Shown here: positions 20,242-29,465 of the stretch, one piece after another
Position numbering within the stretch: the stretch's first letter is position 1
Layout of the letters: each line of letters begins with the position of its first letter
Source: Lachnospiraceae bacterium
GTDB taxonomy: Bacteria > Bacillota > Clostridia > Lachnospirales > Lachnospiraceae
Assembly (NCBI GenBank): GCA_024403515.1
Contig: JAKSRS010000002.1
Coordinates: 22,388-86,387 of the forward strand
Reading direction: 5' to 3'
DNA: 64,000 bases
The notes under the pieces: model-generated
Databases searched by the model: none
The model's input: only the letters and a program-made list of their open reading frames with translations
What the model was told of the DNA's origin: nothing
Program-made: the position numbers and the translations under genes

Positions 20242-20904
20242 ATGAAATTTGAACTAAACGCCTCAATGATGTGCGCAAACTATGGTCACTTGGCCAGGGA
20301 AATAGAAAATCTTGAGAAGGGTGGAATCGATTCTTTCCATATCGATATCATGGATGGTCGATATGTACCTAACTATGCTATGTCGCTAAATGACATGAAG
20401 TATATCGCTCATGCGACCAAGAAGCCCTTGGATGTGCATCTTATGATTGAGCACCCCAATACCAACATAAAACTTTTTCTTGAGAATCTTCGTAAGGGCG
20501 ATACCGTATACATTCATCCTGAAGCTGAGTATCATCCATCGACAACACTTCAGAAGATCATAGATGCGGGTATGGTTCCCGGAATTGCAATCAATCCCGG
20601 CACAAGTGTTGAAACGGTAATGGAAATGCTTCAGATTGTTGATAAGGTTCTTGTAATGTCTGTAAATCCCGGTAGCGCGGGTCAGATGTATCTTCCTTAT
20701 GTCGGAAGTAAGGTCAAGAAGCTTATCAGCTTAAAAGAGGAACTTGGATTTAAACTCTACTGGGACGGCGCATGTTCAGCCGATAAGATTTTGGAGTTTG
20801 CACCTCTTGGTGTAGATGGTTTTGTCCTTGGTACTACCATATTGTTTGGAAAGAAAGAATCTTACGCAGATATCTTAAAGAATGTTCGCGAACTGAAGAT
20901 TTAG
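20242..20904 (+). CDS. Ribulose-phosphate 3-epimerase family (Rpe/AlsE-like)
   Basis: FHIDIMDG, LDVHLM, VMSVNPG..GQ, WDGA metal/phosphate motifs. Confidence 0.9.
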   Translation: MKFELNASMMCANYGHLAREIENLEKGGIDSFHIDIMDGRYVPNYAMSLNDMKYIAHATKKPLDVHLMIEHPNTNIKLFLENLRKGDTVYIHPEAEYHPSTTLQKIIDAGMVPGIAINPGTSVETVMEMLQIVDKVLVMSVNPGSAGQMYLPYVGSKVKKLISLKEELGFKLYWDGACSADKILEFAPLGVDGFVLGTTILFGKKESYADILKNVRELKI

Positions 20905-20946
20905 TAAGGCACATAAAGGGAATTTTCTTTTGAAAGAGGAATATAA

Positions 20947-21633
20947 ATGGCAATAGGAATTTTACTTTCCGGTGGAACCGGAGAGAGAGCGGGCTTTGAC
21001 CTTCCGAAGCAGTACATGATGGCTGGCGATAAGATGGTCATTAGCTACTGCATTGAAACGCTTGAGGCAAGCGAGGATATAGAAGCTTACATTATTGTTT
21101 CGGATCCTTCCTGGCAGGACGAGCTAAAGAAAGTTATCGGTGATAGTAATAAGTTTGAAGGCTTTGCTAATCCCGGCAACAACCGTCAGTTATCGATTTA
21201 TAACGGGCTTAAAACGCTTGAGGACATTGCAGATGAAGATACAATCGTTATGATTCATGATGCTGCAAGACCTATGCTAACGGTGGCTGACATTAAAACT
21301 TATGTTGAAGCCTGCTGTGGCCATGATGGAGTACTTCCTGTGCTTCCTATGAAGGATACTCTTTATTATAGTGAAAGTGGTTTGGAGGTTTCGGGGCTTT
21401 TAGACAGAAGCAAAATCTACGCCGGTCAGGCGCCCGAATTCTTTTCTTTTGACAAGTACTTAGATGCCAATGAAAGCATTTTCATGGATCTAAATAAGAT
21501 AAATGGCTCGACCGAGCCTGCGATTATGGCGGGGATGGATATCTGCATGGTTCCCGGCAATGAAATGAATTTTAAGATTACTACAAAGGCGGATTTTGAG
21601 CGCTTTGCAGATATCGTAAGTAAAAGGGGTTAA
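20947..21633 (+). CDS. IspD/TarI-family alditol-phosphate cytidylyltransferase
   Basis: LLSGGTGER..PKQY, IHDAARP, GQAPE, KITT. Confidence 0.9.
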   Translation: MAIGILLSGGTGERAGFDLPKQYMMAGDKMVISYCIETLEASEDIEAYIIVSDPSWQDELKKVIGDSNKFEGFANPGNNRQLSIYNGLKTLEDIADEDTIVMIHDAARPMLTVADIKTYVEACCGHDGVLPVLPMKDTLYYSESGLEVSGLLDRSKIYAGQAPEFFSFDKYLDANESIFMDLNKINGSTEPAIMAGMDICMVPGNEMNFKITTKADFERFADIVSKRG

Positions 21634-21636
21634 TTT

Positions 21637-22704
21637 GTGAAAGCCTGGACTTTGAATTCTGTTAAGGATATTTCATATGGTGATGTCAGTAAGCCTGTTC
21701 CTTCTAAGGGAGAGGTTTTAGTTAAGGTTGCTGCTTGCGGGATTTGTGGTTCGGATATTCCAAGAATTTACCAAAACGGCGCCCACAAAATGCCCCTAAT
21801 TCCCGGCCATGAGTTTTCAGGAAGGGTTGAGGCTGTCTCGGATCCTTGTGATAACGATCTTTTAGGCGCAAAGGTTGGTGTTTTTCCGCTGATTCCCTGT
21901 ATGAAATGTTCATCGTGCCAAAAGAAAATGTACGAGATGTGTAAGTCCTATAGTTACCTCGGTTCAAGATGCGATGGTGGATTTGCGGACTATGTTTCGG
22001 TTCCTAAGTGGAATCTTATAAAACTTCCTGAAAATGTGTCATTTGAGGCGGCTGCTATGCTTGAACCAATGGCTGTTTCGGTTCATGCTATGAGAAAGGC
22101 TGACATTAAAGAATCCGATAGAGTCCTTGTATGGGGGGCCGGAACGATTGGGTTACTACTTACTATGTTTTTAAAGGATGCAGGGGTTGAAAGACTTATT
22201 CTTGTTGGAAATCATGATTACCAAAGGGATTATGCGACTCTTGTAGGGATTTCTCGTGAAAACTTTATTAATGTAAGTGACCGTGATCCGATAGAAATGA
22301 TTAATAAAGCAACTGATGGAGAAGGCGTGGATGTCTTCTTTGAATGTGTTGGTAAAAGCGAGATATTAAAAGATGCCATTAATGTTACTTCGATGGGCGC
22401 AAGCATTGTAACTGTTGGAAATCCCTATGGTGATGTTTCTTTAGCAAGAGATGATTACTGGAACATATTAAGGCATCAGCTTAAAATCTTTGGAACCTGG
22501 AATTCTTCCTTCTTAGGAGAAGAAGACCCGGATTCTTTGAATGATTCCTGGCACTATGTTTTAAAAAGGCTTGAAGAAGGGGCCATCCACCCTGAAAGAC
22601 TTATTAGTCACAGGCTTGATAAATCTGAGTTAGCAAAAGGTCTTGAGATAATGAGGGACAAAAGTCAGCCATACATTAAAGTAATGACGACGTGGGAGAA
22701 ATAA
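21637..22704 (+). CDS. Zn-dependent alditol-phosphate dehydrogenase (GatD/TarJ-like MDR)
   Basis: GTG start; CGICGSD, GHE, C..C..C...C structural Zn site, LEP, GAGTIG. Confidence 0.88.
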   Translation: MKAWTLNSVKDISYGDVSKPVPSKGEVLVKVAACGICGSDIPRIYQNGAHKMPLIPGHEFSGRVEAVSDPCDNDLLGAKVGVFPLIPCMKCSSCQKKMYEMCKSYSYLGSRCDGGFADYVSVPKWNLIKLPENVSFEAAAMLEPMAVSVHAMRKADIKESDRVLVWGAGTIGLLLTMFLKDAGVERLILVGNHDYQRDYATLVGISRENFINVSDRDPIEMINKATDGEGVDVFFECVGKSEILKDAINVTSMGASIVTVGNPYGDVSLARDDYWNILRHQLKIFGTWNSSFLGEEDPDSLNDSWHYVLKRLEEGAIHPERLISHRLDKSELAKGLEIMRDKSQPYIKVMTTWEK

Positions 22705-22708
22705 TAAT

Positions 22709-24961
22709 TTGGCACACGATTATTCATATTACGAAGATGAAGTGAGAGACAACTTCTACATACCGAGTATGGGAAAGCGTTCATGGGCTATGCAGATGGA
22801 CGTTTTAGATAAGGTGCGCGAAATTTGCGATAGACATGGCCTTAAGTGGTTTGCGGACTACGGAACTCTTCTTGGCTGCATTCGCCATGGTGGTTTCATT
22901 CCTTGGGATGATGATCTTGATATCTGTATGTTAAGAGATGATTATGATAAATTCATCGAGGTGGCGGCATCTGAGCTTCCGTCTACATATTTGATTTTAG
23001 ATTCTTTTACTGATTTCAGGCACACAAACTTTGTAACCAGAGTTGTTAACTGTGGAGAAATCTCCTTTTCGAGTGATTTCCTGGCTGAAAACAACGGTTA
23101 TCCTTTTGTAAGCGGAATTGATATATTCCCCCTTGATTATCTTTATCCTGATAATGACAGGGAAGAAGAAAGAAAGAAACGCGCCAAGGACTTATTCGAC
23201 TACGCTGAACGTGTTAAATCTGATAAATCCATAAGTGCACATGAAGCATATTCCACTGCACGAAAGATTGCAGGCGTTGAACTTGATAAGTCGATTCCCA
23301 TTGAAGCTGCTTTTATAAGGGCAATAACTAAGATTTATAAAGAGGCGCCCAAAGAAGGTGCAACTCATGTCGGTTCCATGTTCTTTTGGACACGTTATAA
23401 CTTTCAAAAGTATAATATTAAATTTTTTGAAAAGGAGGCCATAATGCCATTTGAGGACGGCTTTGTTAACGTTCCTCTTGGATATACAAGTAAACTTCAA
23501 ACTGATTATCGTGGTTGGGAAAAGATTTACAAACAAGGCGGTATGCATGAGTATCCCTGCTATGGATCCCAGGAAACGATTCTTGAAAAGCACTATAAAG
23601 GTAAGCTTCCCTATAGGTATTATTATGATGAAGCTATCCTTAGTGAGGATACTGACCGCGAAAAGAGTAATAAAGATAAATGTCTTGAGTATTTAAGTCT
23701 TATGCTTAAGGCTCACACATATTTTATGGGCATGTACGAGACCGGCAAGATAGAAGAGGCTGCAGAAATCTTGCAGGCTTGCCAGAACATGGCCATCTCA
23801 GCCGGAAGTCTGATTGAATTTTGTAATGGTGAAGGCAGCGATGAAGTTAAACTTTTAGAAAGCTACTGCGAGGCGATTTACGCTATTCACTCCAAACTTT
23901 TAGGAGGGGTGAATCTTTCTATTACAGACACTGATATAGATTCTTTAAACCAGCTTATTAACTATGTCTTTAACAGTATTCAAAATAACTTTTTGAAAAA
24001 GACCATAGTTTTTATACCATATAAGGCTTCAGATTTTTCATATATTCGTGGAATGTATAATCGTTACATAAATGATCCTTTGTGGAATGTAAAGGTTATG
24101 CCGGTTCCATATTTTTACAAAAATTTCGACGGAACCAACATTGAAGAACATTTCGAATTCGATGAGTTTCCTAAAGACATTACGCTTACAAATTATAACG
24201 AGGTTGATCTGGCGTCCCTGCATGCCGACGTAATAGTCACCATGAATCCTTTTGATGAGTTTCATAGTGCTGTTACGCTTTATCCTTTCTTTTATTCCAA
24301 AAACCTCAAGGCCAAGACTGAAAAGCTGATTGTAGCCTATAATCTTTCTTTTGACGCACCTTCATTAACGGATGAAAAGATGTGCTCAAACTGCTCGCAG
24401 TTTGTCATCTCATCCGGTGTAATGCGTGGCGATGAGGTGGTGGTAAAATCGCAGGCCTGGAAGGACTTTTTCATAGGTCTATTGGATGATAAGTGTGGAA
24501 CTATTACCCATGATATCTGGGATGAGAAGATTGTTGTGATGGAAGAAACTGATTGCACGTTTAATCAGTGCGATGACGGAACTTCTGATGCGCATAATGG
24601 TCTCAAGGAGCTTCTTTTCTACATAAACTTTTCGGAGTTTTTCCTTGGACCTACGAAAATGATGGATAAGATTTCGCGCGTTTTAGACGATTTTGAGAAG
24701 AATTCTCATGATATGAGTTTTATCTGGAAGGCTGAAGAAACTTTACTTGATAACGTAAAACTTGCCTGTCCTGAGCACTACGATAGATTTAAAGGTCTTG
24801 TCGACAGATTCAAGGCTATTGAAAATGCCAGATGGGATGAAGGTCGTTTTAACGAGTTGGATTTTACAAATATACGAGGTTACTATGGAAACAAGGGGCT
24901 TTACATGCACCTTTGTGAGGAACGTCACTTACCGATTATGTTACTAAATGCTGACGTTTAA
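22709..24961 (+). CDS. LicD-family phosphotransferase with long C-terminal extension
   Basis: TTG start; YGTLLGCIRHGGFIPWDDDLDI, IDIFPLD; C-terminal helical region plus IVFIPYK...MPVPY...VTMNPFD domain. Confidence 0.88.
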   Translation: MAHDYSYYEDEVRDNFYIPSMGKRSWAMQMDVLDKVREICDRHGLKWFADYGTLLGCIRHGGFIPWDDDLDICMLRDDYDKFIEVAASELPSTYLILDSFTDFRHTNFVTRVVNCGEISFSSDFLAENNGYPFVSGIDIFPLDYLYPDNDREEERKKRAKDLFDYAERVKSDKSISAHEAYSTARKIAGVELDKSIPIEAAFIRAITKIYKEAPKEGATHVGSMFFWTRYNFQKYNIKFFEKEAIMPFEDGFVNVPLGYTSKLQTDYRGWEKIYKQGGMHEYPCYGSQETILEKHYKGKLPYRYYYDEAILSEDTDREKSNKDKCLEYLSLMLKAHTYFMGMYETGKIEEAAEILQACQNMAISAGSLIEFCNGEGSDEVKLLESYCEAIYAIHSKLLGGVNLSITDTDIDSLNQLINYVFNSIQNNFLKKTIVFIPYKASDFSYIRGMYNRYINDPLWNVKVMPVPYFYKNFDGTNIEEHFEFDEFPKDITLTNYNEVDLASLHADVIVTMNPFDEFHSAVTLYPFFYSKNLKAKTEKLIVAYNLSFDAPSLTDEKMCSNCSQFVISSGVMRGDEVVVKSQAWKDFFIGLLDDKCGTITHDIWDEKIVVMEETDCTFNQCDDGTSDAHNGLKELLFYINFSEFFLGPTKMMDKISRVLDDFEKNSHDMSFIWKAEETLLDNVKLACPEHYDRFKGLVDRFKAIENARWDEGRFNELDFTNIRGYYGNKGLYMHLCEERHLPIMLLNADV

Positions 24962-24980
24962 TAGTGTTTAAGATATTACC

Positions 24981-25024
24981 GGGGAGTATGTCAATGCGCG
25001 CGCTATAACATTGACAAACTCCCC
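24981..25024. repeat. Palindromic element A (hairpin), related to the element at 58347
   Basis: ggggagtatgtcaatg...cattgacaaactcccc inverted repeat; core 24989-25020 matches the reverse complement of 58347-58378 at 24 of 32 positions by manual count. Confidence 0.55.
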
Positions 25025-25065
25025 CTTATAATGGTTTAATTACTTTAGCACTTAAAAGCGCTAAA
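25011..25065 (+). promoter_or_regulatory. SigA-type promoter with downstream palindromic operator candidate
   Basis: TTGACA (25011), 18 nt, TGg-TTTAAT (25035); TTTAGCACTT-AA-AAGCGCTAAA palindrome at 25044-25065. Confidence 0.5.
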
Positions 25066-25092
25066 ACTAAAACAATTCATAAGGAGAAGGTA

Positions 25093-26676
25093 ATGAATAC
25101 TATTGTTTTGTGCTCGATTTTACTGGTTGTGTTTTTCACAATCATGATCGGGGTAGGGGTTTACACAAGAAAGAATGCAACTGACGTAAACGGATTTGTT
25201 CTTGGGGGACGTTCTGTTGGTCCGTGGCTTACTGCTTTTGCATTCGGTACATCTTATTTTTCGGCTGTAATCTTTGTAGGTTATGCCGGACAGTTTGGCT
25301 GGTTATACGGGGTTTCATCTACATGGGCAGGGCTTGGAAATGCCTTTATCGGTTCCCTTCTTGCCTGGAACATTCTTGGCAGAAGAACGAGAATCATGAC
25401 ACAAAAGCTTGATGCCAAGACTATGCCTGATTTCTTTGGTAAAAGATTTAAGTCTACACCCTTAAAGGTTGCGGCTTCTATTATCGTCTTTATCTTTTTG
25501 ATTCCATACACAGCATCACTTTATAACGGACTTTCAAGCTTGTTTGGCCTTGTTTTTGATATGCCTTACTGGGTTGTTATCGCTATTATGGCTGTCTTAA
25601 CCGGAATCTATGTTATTTTTGGCGGATATATGGCAACGGCTATAAACGATTTCATTCAGGGTATTATCATGCTGGTCGGAATTGTTGCTGTAATCGGTGC
25701 AGTTTTAAGCGACAATGGTGGTCTTGTAGCCGCAATGCAGAAGCTTTCAGCTGTTGAAGCTGACGGCTGGGCCGGCGGTGCATTTTCATCCTTCTTAGGA
25801 CCCGATCCCTTGGCTTTATTATTCGTTGTTATTCTTACATCACTTGGTACCTGGGGCCTTCCACAGATGGTTGGTAAATTCTATGCTATTAAAAGTGAAA
25901 AGGATATCCACAAGGGTACAATTATTTCAACAGTGTTTGCTATTATCGTAGCCGGCGGTTGCTACTTCTTAGGCGGCTTCGGAAGATTATATGCCGACAA
26001 GATTAAGTATAATCCGGTAAACGGAAAGCCTTTATTTGATACTATAGTACCTGCAATGCTTTCTACACTTCCTGCAGTGATTATCGCAGTTGTTATTGTG
26101 CTCGTTCTTTCGGCTTCAATGTCAACTCTTTCATCTTTGGTTTTAACTTCAAGTTCAACCTTTACGCTTGATGTTATAAAGCCTTCAATGAAGAAAGAAA
26201 TGACTGAAAAAAAGCAGGTTTTTGTTATGAGAATATTCATCGTATTCTTCATTATCGTATCTGCTGTTATTGCAATCTTTAAGGATGCCAATCCAAGCGT
26301 AACTTTCATTGCTCAGATGATGGGTGTTTCATGGGGCGCTTTGGCCGGCGCATTTTTAGCACCGTTTTTGTATGGTCTTTACTCCAAAAAGGTTACTAAG
26401 GCTTCAACTGCTGTATGTTTCGTATGGGGCTGCTCAATCGCAGTTTTACAGCTTATCGTTTCACTTGCAGGCGTAAATGTAGCTTCCTGGGGACCTGTAC
26501 TTGGATATATTTTCAAGTCATCAATAAATTCCGGTGTAGTTGCGATGGTTGGTGGGCTTATCATTGTTCCTGTCGTAAGCTTATTTACCCAAAAGCAGGA
26601 TGCTGCACAGGTTGACGAAATGTTTGAATGCTTTGATGAAAAGGTTTCAGTACCCAAGAAAGAAGCACTTGATTAA
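25093..26676 (+). CDS. Sodium:solute symporter (PutP/PanF family)
   Basis: FVLGGRSVGPW, TSYFSAVIFVG, TMPDFF..RF, GLPQMV..FYA, ASMSTLSS; about 13 TM. Confidence 0.92.
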   Translation: MNTIVLCSILLVVFFTIMIGVGVYTRKNATDVNGFVLGGRSVGPWLTAFAFGTSYFSAVIFVGYAGQFGWLYGVSSTWAGLGNAFIGSLLAWNILGRRTRIMTQKLDAKTMPDFFGKRFKSTPLKVAASIIVFIFLIPYTASLYNGLSSLFGLVFDMPYWVVIAIMAVLTGIYVIFGGYMATAINDFIQGIIMLVGIVAVIGAVLSDNGGLVAAMQKLSAVEADGWAGGAFSSFLGPDPLALLFVVILTSLGTWGLPQMVGKFYAIKSEKDIHKGTIISTVFAIIVAGGCYFLGGFGRLYADKIKYNPVNGKPLFDTIVPAMLSTLPAVIIAVVIVLVLSASMSTLSSLVLTSSSTFTLDVIKPSMKKEMTEKKQVFVMRIFIVFFIIVSAVIAIFKDANPSVTFIAQMMGVSWGALAGAFLAPFLYGLYSKKVTKASTAVCFVWGCSIAVLQLIVSLAGVNVASWGPVLGYIFKSSINSGVVAMVGGLIIVPVVSLFTQKQDAAQVDEMFECFDEKVSVPKKEALD

Positions 26677-26700
26677 TTGACTTATAAATTGGAGATATAA

Positions 26701-27240
26701 ATGAAAGAAATATTATTGTTAGGTGACTCATTAAGAATGGGTTATGAACCGATTGTTCGTAAAAATTTAGAAGGTATAGCCGGAGTAAGTGGACCCGAGG
26801 AAAATGGAAGATGGGCAGGATATACATTAAACTCGCTTCGTTTCTGGATTCCTTCCCTTCCTAAGCCTGATATTATTCACTGGAATAGCGGTTTGTGGGA
26901 TTTGGGTGACGACTATAATCTTGGCCGACCTTTTTCACTACCCGAGGAATATGAATCAGCATTAGAAAGAATGGTTACCGTGTGCGGTAAACTCTTTCCT
27001 GAAGCCAAACTTATTATGGCAACTACGATGCCTACTGATAATCCGGATTCATCGGATATTGAGGCTTATAACGAGATTTTTAAGGCTGTAGCTAAGCGCC
27101 ACAATATTGAAGTGAACGATCTGTTTCCTATCGTGAAAAATGATCCTTCCTTAATCGGACCTGATCATATTCATCTTACGGAAGAAGGCTTTAAGATTGT
27201 TGGAGATAGAGTCACAGAAGTGATTAAAAAATATCTGTAA
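26701..27240 (+). CDS. SGNH/GDSL hydrolase
   Basis: LLGDSL, WNSGLWD, DHIH. Confidence 0.88.
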   Translation: MKEILLLGDSLRMGYEPIVRKNLEGIAGVSGPEENGRWAGYTLNSLRFWIPSLPKPDIIHWNSGLWDLGDDYNLGRPFSLPEEYESALERMVTVCGKLFPEAKLIMATTMPTDNPDSSDIEAYNEIFKAVAKRHNIEVNDLFPIVKNDPSLIGPDHIHLTEEGFKIVGDRVTEVIKKYL

Positions 27241-27244
27241 ATAA

Positions 27245-27292
27245 AAGTACCGGTACAAACTGATGCAGCGCATCACATTTGAATCGGTACTT
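27245..27292. terminator. Bidirectional terminator hairpin
   Basis: aagtaccg...caaa.tgatgc/gcatca.tttg...cggtactt nested stem between convergent genes. Confidence 0.7.
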
Positions 27293-27315
27293 ATTTGTTA
27301 ATATGTTTAATTTAC

Positions 27316-27504
27316 TTATTTGGTTGAAGAGAGCTTCTTGACTTCTTCTTCGTCACATTCAACTATCTCGGAGATCTCTGCAGTGGAGAAACCTTTTAAA
27401 AGAAGCTTTGTGATAATATCGCGACGTGCTTGTTCCTGGCCTTGCTTTGCACCATCATCAAAGCCCATTCGATATTTCATTCGATATTTCATTTCTAGTG
27501 TCAC
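27316..27504 (-). CDS. Predicted intragenic small protein (RpnS-like antitoxin, 62 aa), in frame with Rpn
   Basis: On the minus strand, tGGAGGgacaaccaaGTG puts a strong SD 9 nt before an in-frame GTG at 27504. Confidence 0.55.
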   Translation of the reverse strand: MTLEMKYRMKYRMGFDDGAKQGQEQARRDIITKLLLKGFSTAEISEIVECDEEEVKKLSSTK

Positions 27505-28158
27505 TTGGTTGTCCCTCCAATCTCTGTCGTTATTGTATTTCATTACTTCCTGGTGCAAGCCTCTGGTAAAATCATCAGTGGTCTTGCCTGTACGTAAGTA
27601 TTCTAGCACATTAGTAAGATTATTATCAATACACTCATTATCGCCATTAATGTTAAGAAATACTGACGAAACTCCGTCGCCGAGCCTAAGTTCAGCGTGA
27701 TTTACACAACAAGATTCAAAAGTATAAATACTCTCACCCAGACCAAAAGGGTCGAACGTGCAGATAAAGATAACTATATTTTTTCCGAGTTTTTCGAAGT
27801 CCACCCCCTTCCTAAGTAAATACCCATCCATCTCCGAATGATAATACCGCGTTCTTTTTGCTAGAAATGGTTCATAAGCTGTCTGCATCTCGATATCGTA
27901 GGAATTTCCGTCCGTATCCTTGACGTAGATGTCAAGGCGTACTCCTCGCGATTTGATTCTTCTTCGGATACTTTTTTGTGAGGTGACAACCTCGATCTCG
28001 GAGATCTCAATCTTTAGGACACGTTGCAGAAATTCTTTGCACCTGTCCCTGTCTTCCATTACCGTGCAGAACATAAAATCGTCAGTAATGGGGATGAAAC
28101 CGTCATTAAATTTTGTTTTTCTCAAATTACCTCCTTGGAGACAGATATTCCCTGTCAT
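27316..28158 (-). CDS. Rpn-family (PD-(D/E)XK, recombination-promoting nuclease/putative transposase) protein
   Basis: DDFMF..VM, GVRLDIYV, YDIEMQ, KRTRYY, IFICTFDPF; C-terminal G..G...helix-turn-helix tail. Confidence 0.9.
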   Translation of the reverse strand: MTGNICLQGGNLRKTKFNDGFIPITDDFMFCTVMEDRDRCKEFLQRVLKIEISEIEVVTSQKSIRRRIKSRGVRLDIYVKDTDGNSYDIEMQTAYEPFLAKRTRYYHSEMDGYLLRKGVDFEKLGKNIVIFICTFDPFGLGESIYTFESCCVNHAELRLGDGVSSVFLNINGDNECIDNNLTNVLEYLRTGKTTDDFTRGLHQEVMKYNNDRDWRDNQVTLEMKYRMKYRMGFDDGAKQGQEQARRDIITKLLLKGFSTAEISEIVECDEEEVKKLSSTK

Positions 28159-28297
28159 ATTTAAAATTTAGGAATTGAAAGCAAAGAATAAAAGAATAAA
28201 GATAAATAGATTATTTGTTGAATATATATAGAAATATTGCTTTCAAAAGAAATATTATCACAACATCTTCACCCATACAACTTAGTTTTCTAATCTA

Positions 28298-28326
28298 TTG
28301 ACCGCAAATGCTCAAACGGGTATGCT
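28298..28326 (+). promoter_or_regulatory. SigA-type promoter
   Basis: TTGACC, 17 nt, TATGCT upstream of the OYE gene. Confidence 0.55.
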
Positions 28327-28378
28327 CAATCTATGGGTTGAAAAACTATATGAAATTCACAAGCATAATGGAGGATAT

Positions 28379-29464
28379 ATGGTTACATTAGATACACCAA
28401 TCAAGATAGGAAATTTTACAGTTAAAAACAGAATAACATTTGCACCGACAGTAAAGTTTGATTTTACAGATGATTCGGGTTTGGTTACAGATAAACTAGT
28501 TGAGCATTACAAAGAAAGAGCACTAGGCGGAGCTGGATTGATATGCGTTGAAGCTACAGCTGTTTTACCGGGTGGACGCTTTGGAAAGAACCATATGGGC
28601 CTTTGGTCGGATGAACAGATAGAAGGTCATAAAAGAATTACAAAGGCTTGTCATGATGCCAATGCGGTAGTGATAATTCAGCTCAATCACGCAGGCTATG
28701 TATGTAACGGTGACTGCGGACCGCATGTAGGACCTTCAGAGATTGAAATTGATAGCTATGCCGGGAAATATACAACGCATGCTCTTACACTTGATGAAGT
28801 GCATGAATACCAGAAAGCTTATGTTGACGCGGCAGTAAGAGCTCAAAAGGCCGGTTACGACGGAATACAGCTTCATGGTTGCCATGGCTATCTTATTAAT
28901 CAGTTCGTATCACCTACCAACAATTTTAGAACGGACGAATATGGTGGAAATGCCAAAAACCGCGCAAGATTTGCCAGTGAAATTATTAGTAGTATCCGAG
29001 ACCTTTGTGGACCTGATTTTCTTATTTCAGTTAGAACCACAGGCTTTGATAAAACAGTAGAAGATGCAATAGAGGTTGCCGAAGAATATGTAAACGCGGG
29101 CTGTGATTATCTTCAGGTATCTGCCGGAATGACTTCTTTTGACGAGATAGATGATTTTAAGGACCCTCAGATCGATAAATTCCCAAGCCTCGGATGCAGA
29201 TTTAAGGACCATTTCAAGGGAAGAGTGCCGGTATCCAATGTCGGAGGTATCTTAACACCCGAGCGTGCCAAGTACTTCATTGAAAATGAATATGTAGATA
29301 CAGTTGACCTTGCAAGGGCTATACTTGCAGACCCTGATTTTCCTAACGCAGCGATAACTGGCGGAAACTATACAAAATGTTTCCAGTGCAAGGCCTGCCA
29401 GTATGGACCATTTACTAACCATGTTTGCCCTGCAGAAATGGTTAGAAAGAAAGCGGAGGTTTAA
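28379..29464 (+). CDS. NADH:flavin oxidoreductase (Old Yellow Enzyme family)
   Basis: KNRITFAP, GGAGLICVEA, IQLNHAG, GYDGIQLHGCHGYLINQF, RTDEYGG..NRARF; GGAGG RBS before ATG 28379. Confidence 0.92.
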   Translation: MVTLDTPIKIGNFTVKNRITFAPTVKFDFTDDSGLVTDKLVEHYKERALGGAGLICVEATAVLPGGRFGKNHMGLWSDEQIEGHKRITKACHDANAVVIIQLNHAGYVCNGDCGPHVGPSEIEIDSYAGKYTTHALTLDEVHEYQKAYVDAAVRAQKAGYDGIQLHGCHGYLINQFVSPTNNFRTDEYGGNAKNRARFASEIISSIRDLCGPDFLISVRTTGFDKTVEDAIEVAEEYVNAGCDYLQVSAGMTSFDEIDDFKDPQIDKFPSLGCRFKDHFKGRVPVSNVGGILTPERAKYFIENEYVDTVDLARAILADPDFPNAAITGGNYTKCFQCKACQYGPFTNHVCPAEMVRKKAEV

Positions 29465-29465
29465 G

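Noticed and set aside
25044-25065. HrcA CIRCE element
   Set aside because: CIRCE needs TTAGCACTC-N9-GAGTGCTAA. The spacing here is shorter and the downstream gene is not a chaperone.
27316-28158. Active IS or transposon
   Set aside because: No terminal inverted repeats or target duplications are visible, and the gene has an ordinary terminator. Rpn proteins are not demonstrated transposases.
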